Assembly: GCA_036172245.1 (NCBI GenBank)
Contig: JAYWIR010000017.1
Span: forward strand, 3,782,001-3,846,000
Direction of reading: 5' to 3'
Length of the DNA stretch: 64,000 bases
Origin: Raillietiella orientalis
Taxonomy: Eukaryota
Notes under the pieces: model-generated
The model's database searches: none
Seen by the model: only the letters and a program-made list of their open reading frames with translations
Told to the model about the DNA's origin: nothing
Shown here: piece after piece, positions 24,701 to 37,445 of the stretch
Position numbering within the stretch: the first letter of the stretch is position 1
How the letters are laid out: each line of letters opens with the position of its first letter
Made by a program: the position numbers and the translations under genes

Positions 24701-27700
24701 GAATGCCTTTTGTCTGCAGACTTTCGGCACAGACACTAAAGCATTCGGCACAGACATTTCTATCTGGGAAAGCAAACAAAGTACACAAGAGAAGGATAGA
24801 TTCTGCTTCCTTTGAAAGACACCGGTGAAATCTCTAAAAAAAAGTTAGGAAGAACTACATCGTTCTCAAGAAGCAAAGTCAACTGATTCAAGAGTAAAAT
24901 CGCACAGCAATCCAGCAAGCAAGAGACTGAGGCGACACAGACAAAAAAAAAAATAACGAACACAGACTGGTGCATCGCCTCTGTCAGGGTATGTTGAGGG
25001 TACTCGAAAGGATGTGCGTGGATTTGCTGTTCCAATTACACAGCAGAAGAGAAATCACTATCCTCAGCACAGTTACATCTAACTTACTTCGATGCTCCTC
25101 AAAGGGTTCTACTCTGTCCTCTGCTATTCAAAACAGCTGCATGGTTTCAGCATCTACTTAGTGATTCACTCGTGCATTTAACACAGGAACCACTAGCATC
25201 ATTCGAGACAAGGAATAATTTCAACTGATTGCACGGATCGAGTGGAGGCGAAGGGCAGTTCGGATGAAGAATGTGAAAGTAAGTCTGATTTCTCGCTTAT
25301 CCTTGAATTTTTTCTCAAGATGTTGATAGGAACATCCAAGGAACCTTTCACCGGACAGTTCTGTTGCATCACCTCTTTGAGAGAGGATTCGTCCACAAAC
25401 AGGTTCCGATTGTGCTCCGAGCACGGGAAATAGCTGAATCGAGTTTCTCACCTCTCTTCCTTTTCTCCTGCTTGTTTAGAGATCGTTTTCCTAGCTCAGT
25501 TTTCCTTCCTCCTGATTGCCGAACCTCACCTTTCAGTAGTTCTGCAGCATCAGAAAGACGGAACGAAGCAGGACTTTTTGATGTCTTCATAAACAATGAG
25601 GAACTCTTGGAAAACGCTCATCAGCAGCGATCTTCCTTGCCATTCTCGCTGGCACCCAATTCGCAGTGAATGGCTTCAGCGAGAAAGGAGATTTTTCTCA
25701 TCCTAATGGATGAGGACTGGAGACTTGGCGACTTTTTCTGGAGAGCGGGCTCTTTTCTCTCATGAAGAGGGAACGTGACGCATGGGGGTAGAGCGCAAGT
25801 CTTTGGTCGAGAAAAAGACGCAAGGCTAGCTTCTGCCGAGAAACGGATTTGCGACGGAACGTTCACACTCTACGGAGCTCTCATAAAAGTCCGATCGTGT
25901 GGCAGCGACGGCTCCCTGAGCCACCCCAGCAAGGTGCCATGCATACGTGAGTGTTGAACGTTTTCCTTCTCTACGTCCGCTAAGAGAAGCACCAACGCTC
26001 GCTTGCCGCTGGTGTTTCAGGATGGTAAGCTGCATACAAAGGAAAGGACCTGGGTCATGGCTTTATCAACGTGGACTTGGATGCTGGAAAATCCGAGCTC
26101 CGGAAAGAAGAACAGCTTGTTTCCTAAGAGACACTCGCGCTCTTTGTCGTTTACACGATGACCAACAAGGAGCAGAAGAATCTCAGGTTCTGCAACACCA
26201 GAAGATGGCTGCACGTGAGTTTATGAGAAGACGCACTATTTGTCTTTCCAAACCTGCATCTTCTGAACGATCCCATTCATTCCCAAAGAACAATCAGCAT
26301 CCCTTTCTGCATCCCTTCCGATTGTAAAAAAGACGCCGGCATGGATACAGCGGATGAATGTAGCATGGCTAACGAAGTCAAAATGGTGGTCCGTGGAAAG
26401 GGAATCTTGAGTATTAGAAGCAGAAGAAGCCAACGAAGAGGAAGCTGCAGTGCAGCTGCCATCGCCGCTCAGCCCACAACCATTCGCTGCCACCATTGCG
26501 TGAGCGAGTACTCCGCGGTACTCTCCAAGCATACCCATTCATCTGTTATGCGTGCATCTTCTTTCCTAGATGAGGAGGGCACGTGTGTATCCCGGAGTGG
26601 GGGATCCGGCATTACCAGCACGCCCGAAGAGTCGTTGCTCTGAGAAGTCCTCTCAGAGGCAGGGTAGCCGATTCGTCTTCCCCGGAACGCTCTCCCCCTT
26701 TGGCTCGGAAACTCGCGACGCTCGGAAAACGGAGAAGGTGGATGCTTTTCGAGAGAGATGGCTGCTGCTTGCGAAAGTCGTCTTTCTGCAGGGAAAAGTT
26801 ATTTTCCTTCTTTATCGGGTTCCCAAAGAGCACATCAGTTCGGCGATCTAGCTTTTTCCGTCCTTCACTTTGTGACCCAACGACGTTTGATGCCACTTCC
26901 TGCGTCTGCAGGCAATGGCATCGAATTGTATCCCCTCCACCTCCAACAAATTTTGGAGTCCCTGCCGATGCGAGTCGCACTGATGGGACGGACGTTTTTC
27001 GGATGACGGTTTTTCTTCGGAGGTCTCTAGAAGATCACGTTTGAAGGAGACTGCACATTCTGCCCACCCATAAGTATAGCCGCATATCCGCTTGTCCTCC
27101 AAGGCGCAGCCTGCGGCCTTGAAGGACGCTCCCGTTTCATGACTAATATTTGAAATCCGCGCGTCATAAGATCGACAGATTGCCGAAACGAGACCCCCAG
27201 ATGCGCGGTGGGTCGACGGAGACGCGGTGAGTTCCCGGGTAAAGCGGCGAGATCCTGTGACGTCCCTTTCTTGGGTTCCTGCTTTGACATGGATGCTTTC
27301 TTCTGTGATGGACATGCCATCCATCTCCCCGAACGACTCCCTTTCTTTCCTTCTTCACATACTAGGAGTCGTTCGTGAGGGAAACCACCGCCCATCCTGG
27401 GGCAATGATTTGATTCAGGATCTTCGGAAGTTCTCATCTCTTGGTTACGATGTTCGACCTGTCCCTTTACTTTGGGGACCAGAAAGGTGTCGGAAGAAAA
27501 CCACGTATTCGGAGGAACGGTAACATGAGGTGAGATCTTTCGAAGTAGTGGTTTTCTGCGAGTGACAGGAGTCACACGTCTGGAGCAATTTGCGGGCAGA
27601 CGTTCCAGAGAGGCAGACCAGTCATCTTCCTTCATCCGAGTTCATTCGAAGAAAGAGAAACCCGATGGAATGGGAGGAGGCAAGAAAGGGGAGGAAAACT

Positions 27701-30700
27701 GCAGATTCCCTACCACAGAAGCAGCAGGGAATCTCTTCAGAAGAGACGTTTCTCAGATTTCGTTGCGTTGCAAGCGAGGAAAACGCGCAGTCATCCAAGG
27801 AGTCCGTGGAAATCCTGGAAATGAGAGGTGGAAGATACTGAGAAGGGAGCATTGTTGGGAAAATCGTCGGAGGAGGAGGAAGAAGAAGAGGAGGGAAGGA
27901 ATCTCAATTCGAAGAATAAAATTCCAAGAAAAGGAATCCACCTCGAAAGATGACGACCGCTCTCGACTGCTTTGGAAAAATTGCGGTTTCTCTCTGGCAC
28001 ACTTTTCCTCCCGTTGAGTTCTGCCTTTCCTGAAGATTTTCTCTCTGAAGCGACGGTTTTCAGCTGTCGAGTAGCGATTCCAAGAAAAGTAGGTCGCTTG
28101 AAGCAGCGTCCAGCTGCTTAGATCAATTACTTTGTAGGGCGCTCTCGCTGAAGCGAATTCTTTGATTTCACTCATGTGGGGACGCAACCGCTGCTTCGAG
28201 CCGAACCTAACGGATTCAAGACGCGCTGTGGTCCATCAGGAAGGGAGGGAAAGCGCATTCCAGATTTGGAGGGAAGAGCGCGCAAGTCGGGAACCAGGAA
28301 AACGGACTCCCTACCAGCTCCCGGTTGCGTTCCCCGGCGCAAACACAGGGGCGTTCCCTAGATCGTTGTGGGGAAAATATAAGCAGACAGCTAAATGCCC
28401 GGGGTTCCATCGCGGCATGAATTGCCTCAGGAGCTTCCAGAACTAGAATATTGATGTGCAGAGATACCGGAGCAGGCAAAACTCTGTGCTAGGAGGCAAA
28501 ATTCCAGGGGCGACCTGCAAGAACCGGCCGCCGGCTTCAAGAGCGAGAGTCTGCAGTAGCTCCAGACCGGAAAAGCTGCTGAGCAGGCCAACCGAGTGCA
28601 AGAGAGACAGAAACCTTTCGTTCCGAAAGGGGCGAGGAATCTCAGGAAACATCCCCAGCCGGTGCTGGTTGAGGGTTCTCAACGACCCTGCCGAGATTCC
28701 GTAAAAGAACAAACAAACGTGCTTGGACGAAATTCCTTCCTGGGAACCACACAGCAGCACGGCTGCAGTGCCGCATGCCAGAGAGTGATCGCCACTGGTT
28801 TCCACAATCGCGGCTGCACGTGGACGACAGTGTACGAGAGCGAGCCTTTCGGGGTGGCAGAAGGAACTTGACGGGCAACCGCATGAGCGTGGCGACTGGC
28901 GCCGGAATCTCCCAAGCATCCCTCACGCGCTATGCTACTCCACGGGAAGCACGTGATGTGACTGGAGCAGCGCTTGAGTTCGGATTGCATCCGTCCTCGC
29001 CCGCAGTCAGCAATTCCTCATCAGGGCATTAGAGGGGAATCGGCTGCAAGAACTGCCGGTGACCTAGACTGAACCCAGGGCATCCGGGTCCTCGGATTCC
29101 GAGCAATTCGCTCTTATCTCCGAGGGAAGTCGGTGGCCAGAGACTGGTTAACAGCGCGAGGCGGAATTCCCCGGTGGACGAATTTCAAGAGAAAAAGGAG
29201 AAAACAACAACAAAAACAATAGGAAAAATAAAATGGAGGTCGTATGGGGAAACGCTGCACGAGAATTTTCGGGCCGGCAGGAATTGGTCAACGTGCTGCA
29301 GACCCACTGGCGGAGCGTTAAGAGACACTGTGCTTTGGTGACGCCTTCGCGTTCTCATGGAATCGGGGAACACCGCGGAAACCACCATTCCCATTATGGT
29401 TTGCGAAACGGACAGCTCTCCAGAGTGCAAAGCCCAGTTTGTCGTTTCCCTGCGATGACTTCGAGGGTAGACAGATTTCCAGCACGTGTCAGGGTTCCCG
29501 TCGCTTTTCCTTCCTAAAAGCGCTTGCAAGAAAGGGAAGAGAAAAGAATCCTCATCAGCTAGAGGACCAAAAGGAAGCACGAGGAGGAAGAAATTCATTC
29601 TAACCGACGATGGCTCAAGGGACCAAAGAGTCATTTCCAGTGACTACAGTGGGGGTTAGAATTCGCGACGAACGGAGCGCGTAGCGACTCGCTCTCATTG
29701 CGATACCGCAGCGCAATCGATCGATCGGTCCAGATGATTCTGCACCCGAGATGACCGGTGACCGCTCGAAACAAGAGATGTCTCTCCCTTATTCTCCGAT
29801 GTGGCACAGTGTCCCGTCCGCCATAGGCGTTGAGATTTACTGAGGTAACACAAGATCCGCGTGGTCTTCAGTCTAGCCTTTCTTTTCTTTTCTCCATCAT
29901 GGAGTTCGGCTGTTTCGCACGTTCATTGGTTGCTATGGTTCAGAAACATCCGTTCCCGATCTTGGTAGTGAATCCAAGACGTCTTTGTCCACAGTGACCT
30001 TGTTCTTGGTTCTAGCATGGTGTCTTTATTCAGACGTCTTCGTTTGCGTTCAGGCGTTCATGCTTCTGCTGTTCTTTATGTGTAGAGGGACACTTGAATT
30101 TTCCTGCCCCTGGTCCATCACGATGGAAAGTTCTGGCTCGAGACGAATTCGCTGAATTCTCCATGAATTCACCCTTCCCCTAATTCCAAAGTTTTGCAGC
30201 TCCAGGATCCAAATTCCCTTCCTCTTCTTTGTCCCGGTGTGACGATCTCAAGAAGTTTTCGTCCCAATTCTTCACCGTCGACACTGTTGTATTTCCTGAA
30301 CAAGAAAAAAACGTCTCAGTAACCATTGCAGCCTGCATTTCCTGTTTTTTTTTTTTTCCACTCTCGAAAACCAGAATCTCTTTGACTGCACTCTTACGTG
30401 GATCTCTGGAACGGCACAGAAATAACTCGAAAGCTCCACGCTCTCTTCTCGTCTCCAGACTTCTAGTCGAAATTCCCTTGCATCAGTCGAAATGCTTTCC
30501 TTCCAGATGAGTTCAGAGATCCGGTATCATCCTACCTGGCTCCTCTTACGTCGGAAACTGAGATCAGTTTCCACTTTCATCAATTCAGCGTCACACACAC
30601 GGCTCTTCCCTCCTCTCCCGTTGTTGTTGTTGTTTTAAAAAAAAGAAACAGTCAATCCAGCCTGCCTTCACGTCATGGGATTACTTTGGGAAGCGCCGGC

Positions 30701-33700
30701 TGCTCGTTGCGAAACGAGAGAGGGGTGGAATACGCATTCTGCTCCGAGCGCTGGATCATGTCTCTTCACCACTTACAGTCGACGGATATGAGCAACAAGG
30801 GATAACGTTCCCGAGTCTTTCTCTTACAACGAAGTCGCTCTCGTGCGGCCTCACCCCACCCAGCCCCCACCCTACTCCATCTTGCAGACACGGAAGACTC
30901 TGCATTCCGAGGTACGCATGACCGATCCGTCGCAGCGAGATGTGATGCATCCGCGCGCGCAGCTCTTGCGCAGTGTTGACCCCGCATGATCATGTTGGCG
31001 TGGGGGGCGTTGCCCATCACGGACCCCCTTCCCGTGATGCGGGTGGTCCACACAAGACGCCTCTCCTCGGACAGCAAGCGATCAGCCTCCCAGGTCTTTT
31101 CCAAGATGGCTGCGCGCACTGAGACTCGGAGGCACGAAGTACTCGCGACTCCGTACGCGCTCGGAACCGTGTACAAGCAGTTCAGTTGTCCGGTTACGGC
31201 GAAGCCGTGGGGTCAGAACCGCGATGGAACGAGCGCACTACGCTGATGCGCGAGCGCAGACACATCCCAGCGGGTGCACCCAATGTCCACCTCCCCTTCA
31301 CGCACTTGGTGGCTCTTCATCCATGCCGAATGAAGGCGGGGGTCTCTCTTAGGCCTGTGGTACCTTACGTTACGAGCTCATGACTTCGGCGCGGCTGCAA
31401 AGGAACCTCTCCAGCGTCTTCCCCTTTCAAGAGGCTATGAGATGAGCGTCTCTTCCCAGGAGCAGCAGCGGAGGTGACGGCATCCCCCGGCATTTCGGGA
31501 AAACCTGTAGAAAGTGATATTTTCTACAGGTTTTTTCTTCTAGGAGCTGTGAAGATTGAAAGGCCGCCAGAGACCTATGAAGCGCAACGCACGTTCATCT
31601 TCAGGGAAGGCGATGCTTGTGGAACGCGAAGGAGACTCCAAGGATATGGAAAAATGGATAGACAGCTCCCGAAGCGCTCCCGAAGTCGCGAGGGAGCCGC
31701 CAAGAGCGCACACGAGCTCCGTTTCGGGTTGAAGCTCTCCGGAGAGCGGGCAGAGGTGCAGATACCGCGCGGGGGGGGCGGCGGCGCCGTGAGCGCCATC
31801 ACCCGCCGATCTGCTTCTCGCTCTTCGGGAAGCATTCCCCCGTCCCTCTCCCCTCTCGCCGACGTCGCGCGTCTCCCAGTAGGGAGTCCTTCGGAAACGC
31901 ATCGGAAGGTATCGGGGGCAATCAGCGTCGCCTGCCCTCAGTGACCACCTGGAACGTGAAACGGAATGTTTCCGTCTGAAGGGGAGGATGCCGGGACCGA
32001 AGCGATGGAGACGATCGCCAGACCGCCGCCGCAGGGAGAACAAGCCGCCTCTCGCATCTCGGGCAAGGATGCTGCTGCTGCTGCTTCTGCCGTTGCCCGA
32101 CCTGTGTCACCTTGTGGACTCGTCGCGAGTCTCTGCAACGATCGCGGTGGCTGGGAGTTCGCACACCTCAGGAACAAACAGAGGGAGGAAACTTCCGCGC
32201 ACGCGAAACCACACCCGCGTGGACGAGAAATTAGCAAACAAAAAAAAAAAAAGCCCGAAGGAGAGAAAGGAAAAAGGCAAGAGGGGGTGGGTGGATGGGT
32301 GAGGGAAGTGCACTGCACTTCCTGCAGTCCAGCCGCGCACACCCAACAGACTTTCCACTTCTGGGAGTGCAGCTACCGGAGGCGCGCAACCGACTCGAGG
32401 AACAGTTTTCCTGTCAGCTGCGCTCGACTGCCCCTGAATCACCGCGGCGACCACGGCATCAAAAAATGGCGCAACTCCAGAGGGACAGTAACGGGAAAAC
32501 GGCGGCGGACTTTCGCGCGCGACGCGACGCGATGCTCGCGCACGGGCGCGCAAGGACAAGCCTTCTGGCGCGCGTTTCGTCGTCAGCCGACGATGCGCCG
32601 GGCTGCAGTCCCGTCGACAGATTTTGCGAGATCACAAGCGAGGGCTGGCGGCGACATCATTTGCCTTCCTTCCTCCTCCTCCTTCCACTCCTGCTTTTTT
32701 TTTTTTTTTTTTCTTTACTGCGTGTTAAAAAACTTTCCGCCGTTGACAGAAGGACCGCCAGGTCATGCTTCCTGCTTCCTGAGCTCTCCTGGCCTCCGCA
32801 CCCCGAAACGCCGAGAGGCAGTCGAGAGTAACGATCGGTGCGTGAATTCCGCGCTGCCTCTCCTTCTCCGCATCCCCCTACCCGTCTCCGTCGTGCATCT
32901 TGCAAAGCGGACACAGACGAAACTTCCTTTCCCCTCCCCCCATTCCCTCCTTTCCACCGCGGTGCAGCGCGTATCCCCCCTCCCTCCCCCAGCTCGCACT
33001 CGACGAGAGCCGACGCCACCGTCCTGCCCCACCGTCATCCAAGGCGTACGAATGCAGCAGCAGTGCGCCATCGAGGAAGCGGCGCCAGTACCCATGCTTC
33101 GTGGGCATTTTCAAAGGAGCGCTTCAACGCGGTGCGCCTGCCTACCTTCGAACACGGGGTGTGGCGAGAGCGCGTATCTGTGGGCGCACAAACGCATGCA
33201 CTCGAAATGACGATTCGCTCGTCGGGAAGGTTAAAAGCGTGTCGTCCTTAATGCGCACAACGCAGTGTCTTCATTTTCGGAAATGCACACGCGTTTCCTT
33301 TCTCGTGACAAGGGGGAGCGGGCCAAGGGGAGTGGGGCAGAAAAAAAAAAAAAAAAAAAAAACACGAAAACGGAAGGACTCAAGAAAAAAAAAAAACAAA
33401 AAAACGAGGGAAAACCAACATACAAGGGGGGCGGGAAAAGGAAAGGGAGAGAGCAGCAAGAAAACTCGTTACTCACCGAGAAGCACCTCACGACGGGCTG
33501 CAGACGAACCTCATGTACGCGCGGGATAGTTTCGAATGCTGCGGTCTGGTAATTCCAGCTGGACTGGCCTTCACTTCTGGCATTGAATGCGTTCGCGGGC
33601 AGGAGCTTCGCGTGTGTCGCCTCCACCTGGTGGCACGTCAGTCGCCGTCCGGAAAAGGCCGGTTCCGCTTTTAACTGACGGTCGCGGAAGTAGAATTTCC

Positions 33701-34084
33701 CTTGGTGCTTGCATGGCGAAGGTGGTGGCATGACGAGCAGCGGCGGCGGTGAAAACAAATGCCCCGAGGCGAGTCTGAAAATTTCTTTGCGAGCGATCTG
33801 TACGTGTGTCTGCGGATGTGTGTGTGTGCGCCCGCCTGTTTTCATTTGCGCCTCCTCCTCTTTCCGCCCACCCGCATTTTCACTCTCCGTGCCCTCTGGC
33901 CCTCTTGCCGCGCGTGCGTCTCGAAAGATGGGGTTTCTTCAGCCCCCCCTCCTCTCCCCCCAGGCGATGCCCACTCCTCATGACACACGGCAAAGAGAAG
34001 GAATGTATTGGCCAATCAGTAATAGGAGGGACGATCCCCGAAAGGACTGTACGGGAAGTTCTGGAAAACGGGATGCAGGCTGAC

Positions 34085-34371
34085 CGTCTTGTACACGGTG
34101 ATGGTGGTCCTGCGGAAGGCCACGTTCTCTTCAGGGTAGCCGCGGAACCTGGGCTGCCTCGCTGCGCCTCCGGAGCGCTCCCTTTCCTGGTGACGCGCGG
34201 CCTCGATGGGAGAGCTCCCGTTCCTCAGGACATAGCTGGAGATGGAAGCGCCGCGAACGGGTCCGAGGCTGAGGTCGCGTACAGGCATGGAGAAGCTGAG
34301 CTGCTGGCTCTGGAGGCTGGAGAGACCCCTCGAAGGGTAGTGGAAGCTCACGTCTGGAAAAGACGCAGGAT
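34085..34371 (-). CDS. Probable internal exon of the Ig-domain gene (downstream of the 44320-44548 exon)
   Basis: Acceptor ttctccccctcag|AT, donor ACG|gtcagc, open frame with C/G-ending codons: (D)PASFPDVSFHYPSRG...YPEENVAFRRTTITVYKT. The phase-1 start matches the phase-1 end of the 44-kb exon. Confidence 0.55.
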
Positions 34372-36563
34372 CTGAGGGGGAGAAGGAACTCGAGCGTCGT
34401 TGCTGAAGGCCCCTCGCGAAGGGCCTGATCTTCTCCCCCTTCCTACGGGGGCTAGGTCCACTGTCCCATCCCCACCTCCCGTTCCGGCTGATTGGCGCAC
34501 ACAGGGCTGGATCGGACGAGGCCCGTCTGTCGGAGGGTCCCACCGGGACGGGCGAAGTGGCGTGTCCCCTTTCCTTTCCACAACTCCGACCCTCCAGAAG
34601 CTCTCCTCCCTTTTCCTTGTCCCCACCCCCACCCCTTCTCGCATTGAAGGGAATCCCCGAAGGCGACGACGGCCTTCGAGTTCCAGAGCTGCCGCTCTGC
34701 GAGAAAGAAGCAGCCCTCGCGTGCACGCTGAGCCGATTCCCTCTTGCGACGGGAGAGCGAACCTTGCCTCACCCTCGCGACGCGATGGGGCCTCCCAGGA
34801 CCGTGGGGGACCCGAAGATAGGCAGCGCTCCGGCTTCCGCGGGAGGGGCGACTTGCGAAGGGAGGCGCGAGGAGCCCCCTCTCTCCTCTTCGGTTCCGAT
34901 TTCGACCGGGAAAAGGGGGAGAGCGTCATCAGGAGGAGGAGGAGAGAAATGTGAAAGAGCAGGTCCAGCTCGCTGGTCCTCGGAAGAACTCTTGCAATCC
35001 TCTCTCTCTCGCCCTAGAGCCGCGCAGCAGTCTGGGGAAGCCCGAGGGAGGCAGTCATCCAGCCGAAGGTCGCTGCGGACACCTGCGGCAACCTGGTGCT
35101 CCCCCCTCCCCCCCGTGCCTTTTCCACTTCCCGAGAAGAGGCAAGCGCGCGTCGGAAGTCCCAGGAGTGCTCTGGAAGCTTCCGCGATTCCCTCAGGAGA
35201 TTTGCCTTGGAAGAGCGGAGCACGATCCCTAGAGGATTGGATCCTTCAGTGAAATTCGCTCCCTTCGTTCTTGGCTGGAAGAAACCTGGACAAGGGACGA
35301 TCGAGTTTGCTCCATCTCGAAAGTCCATACGACTTCAAGGAGGGAGGAAGGGGAAAAGACCAGGGAGTTGGATAGGGAGAAAGGGGGGAACAAGAAGGAA
35401 GCGGGACGGGAAGGGAGGGATGAATTCCGCAGTTCTCAGTGTGGCAGCGGCAGGTTCCGGGGCTCTCCCTAACCCAAGGAAACGAGGAATCCACGTCCTC
35501 ATGAGAAGACGCAGACCGTCGAGGGGATGAAGGGAAGGGAAGCGTTCGATCTGGGAAGAGGGAAAGAGGGAACACGGATGCTGACCCCAGCCGCTCTCCC
35601 TGCACCCCCACAACGGCAGTTCCTGCGGACCCCGAGCGGCCCCGAGATGATCCTCAGGACTGCACCTCGAGGCTTTCACGGATTCCGCATCACTTGACCT
35701 CCTCGTCCGGGCAGGCGCAATCAGCGGCGGCGAAACACCCGTTTCCTTGTAATCCCTTCCCATCCACACAGCAGCACCGGGTCGACCTCAAGCGACTGAG
35801 AAAAGGGGGGTCAGGTGGTGCGGATAGACTGGCCCTTTCGGGATGAGGAAGCTGCATTTCCTTCTCCGGCAATGGTTCGCAAGTGCATCCGTAGGGGAGC
35901 CTGGGGTACGCCTCCAAGGACACGATCTCGAAGCATCGGTGCACACGAGAGCAGAAACGGTTTCCAAAGCGCAGGGAACAAGCTGGGACCAGGAGAGCAG
36001 CAGCTGAGTGGCTCCTGGGGAGTTCAGTCGTTCCTCAAGGGAAGTCCAGGGAGGGATGCTGAACCAGGAAGGTGTGACCACTGCAGTGCCGAGAAAGGAT
36101 CTGTCGAAAAACCTCCGCTCGAGCGAGGATCGACGCCACCTCCACCCGGTGGTACGATCTACCAACCCTGACTCGAAAGCCCTCCACAAAGAAAGGAACC
36201 GGGAAAGGCGACGGCAGCAGCTGTCTGTTCGATCATCTCTGGAGAGCACTTGGAAAGAAAAAAAAAAAAACGCGCCTGCGCGAGCACGGAGAGTAGTTGA
36301 GAGGACGAGTCGGGATCTCGTCGGACGCGGGTCTCTGGAACCTTCCCAAGAAGTGCGCAGATGGCCCTGTCTCTCTTCACTCCGAGACAAGATCGACTTC
36401 CGGAGCGAGCACGCCAGTGGATGGGGCTGAAGAAAGTGGTGAGCAGTCGACCGTGGCAGAGACCGACAGACACACATAAACGAGGAGCACTGTACGCTAA
36501 ATCCCTGTACTCTGCTTCGTCTGACTTTCAACACTTCTCAAAGTACCCTTTTTTGCATTCTCA

Positions 36564-37445
36564 TTAACCCTTACCCTATTACAGAATTTCACACACATAT
36601 AAATGCAACAGTTACATTAATAACTGTTGCATTTATAGTATATACACTTCAAAACATGTCGAAAGCTCCCTCTCTCGAAGATATGAGTATTACATCAAAT
36701 ACCAAGGTAATATGAATTTATCTGATTGAACAATAGCTAATTTAATACATCAATGCTTTATATAGTAGATACGAAAAACGATGCCTAAAACATCAACATT
36801 CTCAGCAACCGTGTAATGTTAATATCTATAAAATCACCCCTCTTATTCTGTCCATATTCTAACCCCATAATCATAGCCCTCCTTCTCGAAGCTACCTTAT
36901 TATCCATAGCCATCTTCGTCAGTTCCACAACCCTATCAGCCTGGTAGCTTCCTATCGTCTTTCTCTATTTCCTTTACGACGGAAGAATCCTCATATGTAA
37001 CATTCCATCCTTTAATGAACTATTTATCTTTGAAACGAAACTGATACCGCAGTCTGCGAATTGCCCCGTTGCCCATACATATCCCCTGTATCAACCCCGA
37101 TCGTCTTCCACTTCTGAAGTCTTATTCACATCAACTAACATTACTTACAAGTTGACTTGTCATACCACATCGCGCGCCAACCGTCACTGCACAGCATCCT
37201 CCAACTCAAAACATTCTTCCGTCTCTTCAATCGTGATAAACCTCACGAAAGTGTGGGGACCCCCCTCTTCCTTGCAAATTCAAGATGCCAATACCCTTAT
37301 TTCCCGATAAATCCAATGAGACTTTTACTCCTTCCCGGGTACATGGATAAAAACCTCAAAGTGTCGTTCGAAATTTTCCTTCCTATCAACATCAAACCCT
37401 CTATTTAATTTACCAGTAACCCCATGACCAATTTCACTCTTTAAG
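36564..37445 (-). mobile_element. AT-rich insertion with decayed HUH (Helitron-like Rep) motif and terminal hairpin
   Basis: Minus strand 37296-37247 reads GYWHLEF[+1]QGRGGSPHF (cf. EFQxRGxPHxH). About 70 codons later RYQF.F (cf. CRFxFP). Perfect 17-bp stem-loop at 36598-36637. Multiple stops. Confidence 0.4.

Noticed and set aside
31966..33529. 414-aa and 209-aa plus-strand ORFs
   Set aside because: They read through poly-A and poly-T runs in GC-rich non-coding DNA (KKKKK, FFFFF); chance open frames.
21727..34085. Direct splice of the Ig exon onto the serpin exon (Ig-serpin fusion)
   Set aside because: The donor at 34085 is phase 0 while the serpin acceptor needs phase 1; the join hits a stop.
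36685..36693. GAGTATTAC, matching the CRESS-virus nonanucleotide pattern NANTATTAC
   Set aside because: Not at the apex of a convincing stem, and expected by chance in AT-rich DNA.
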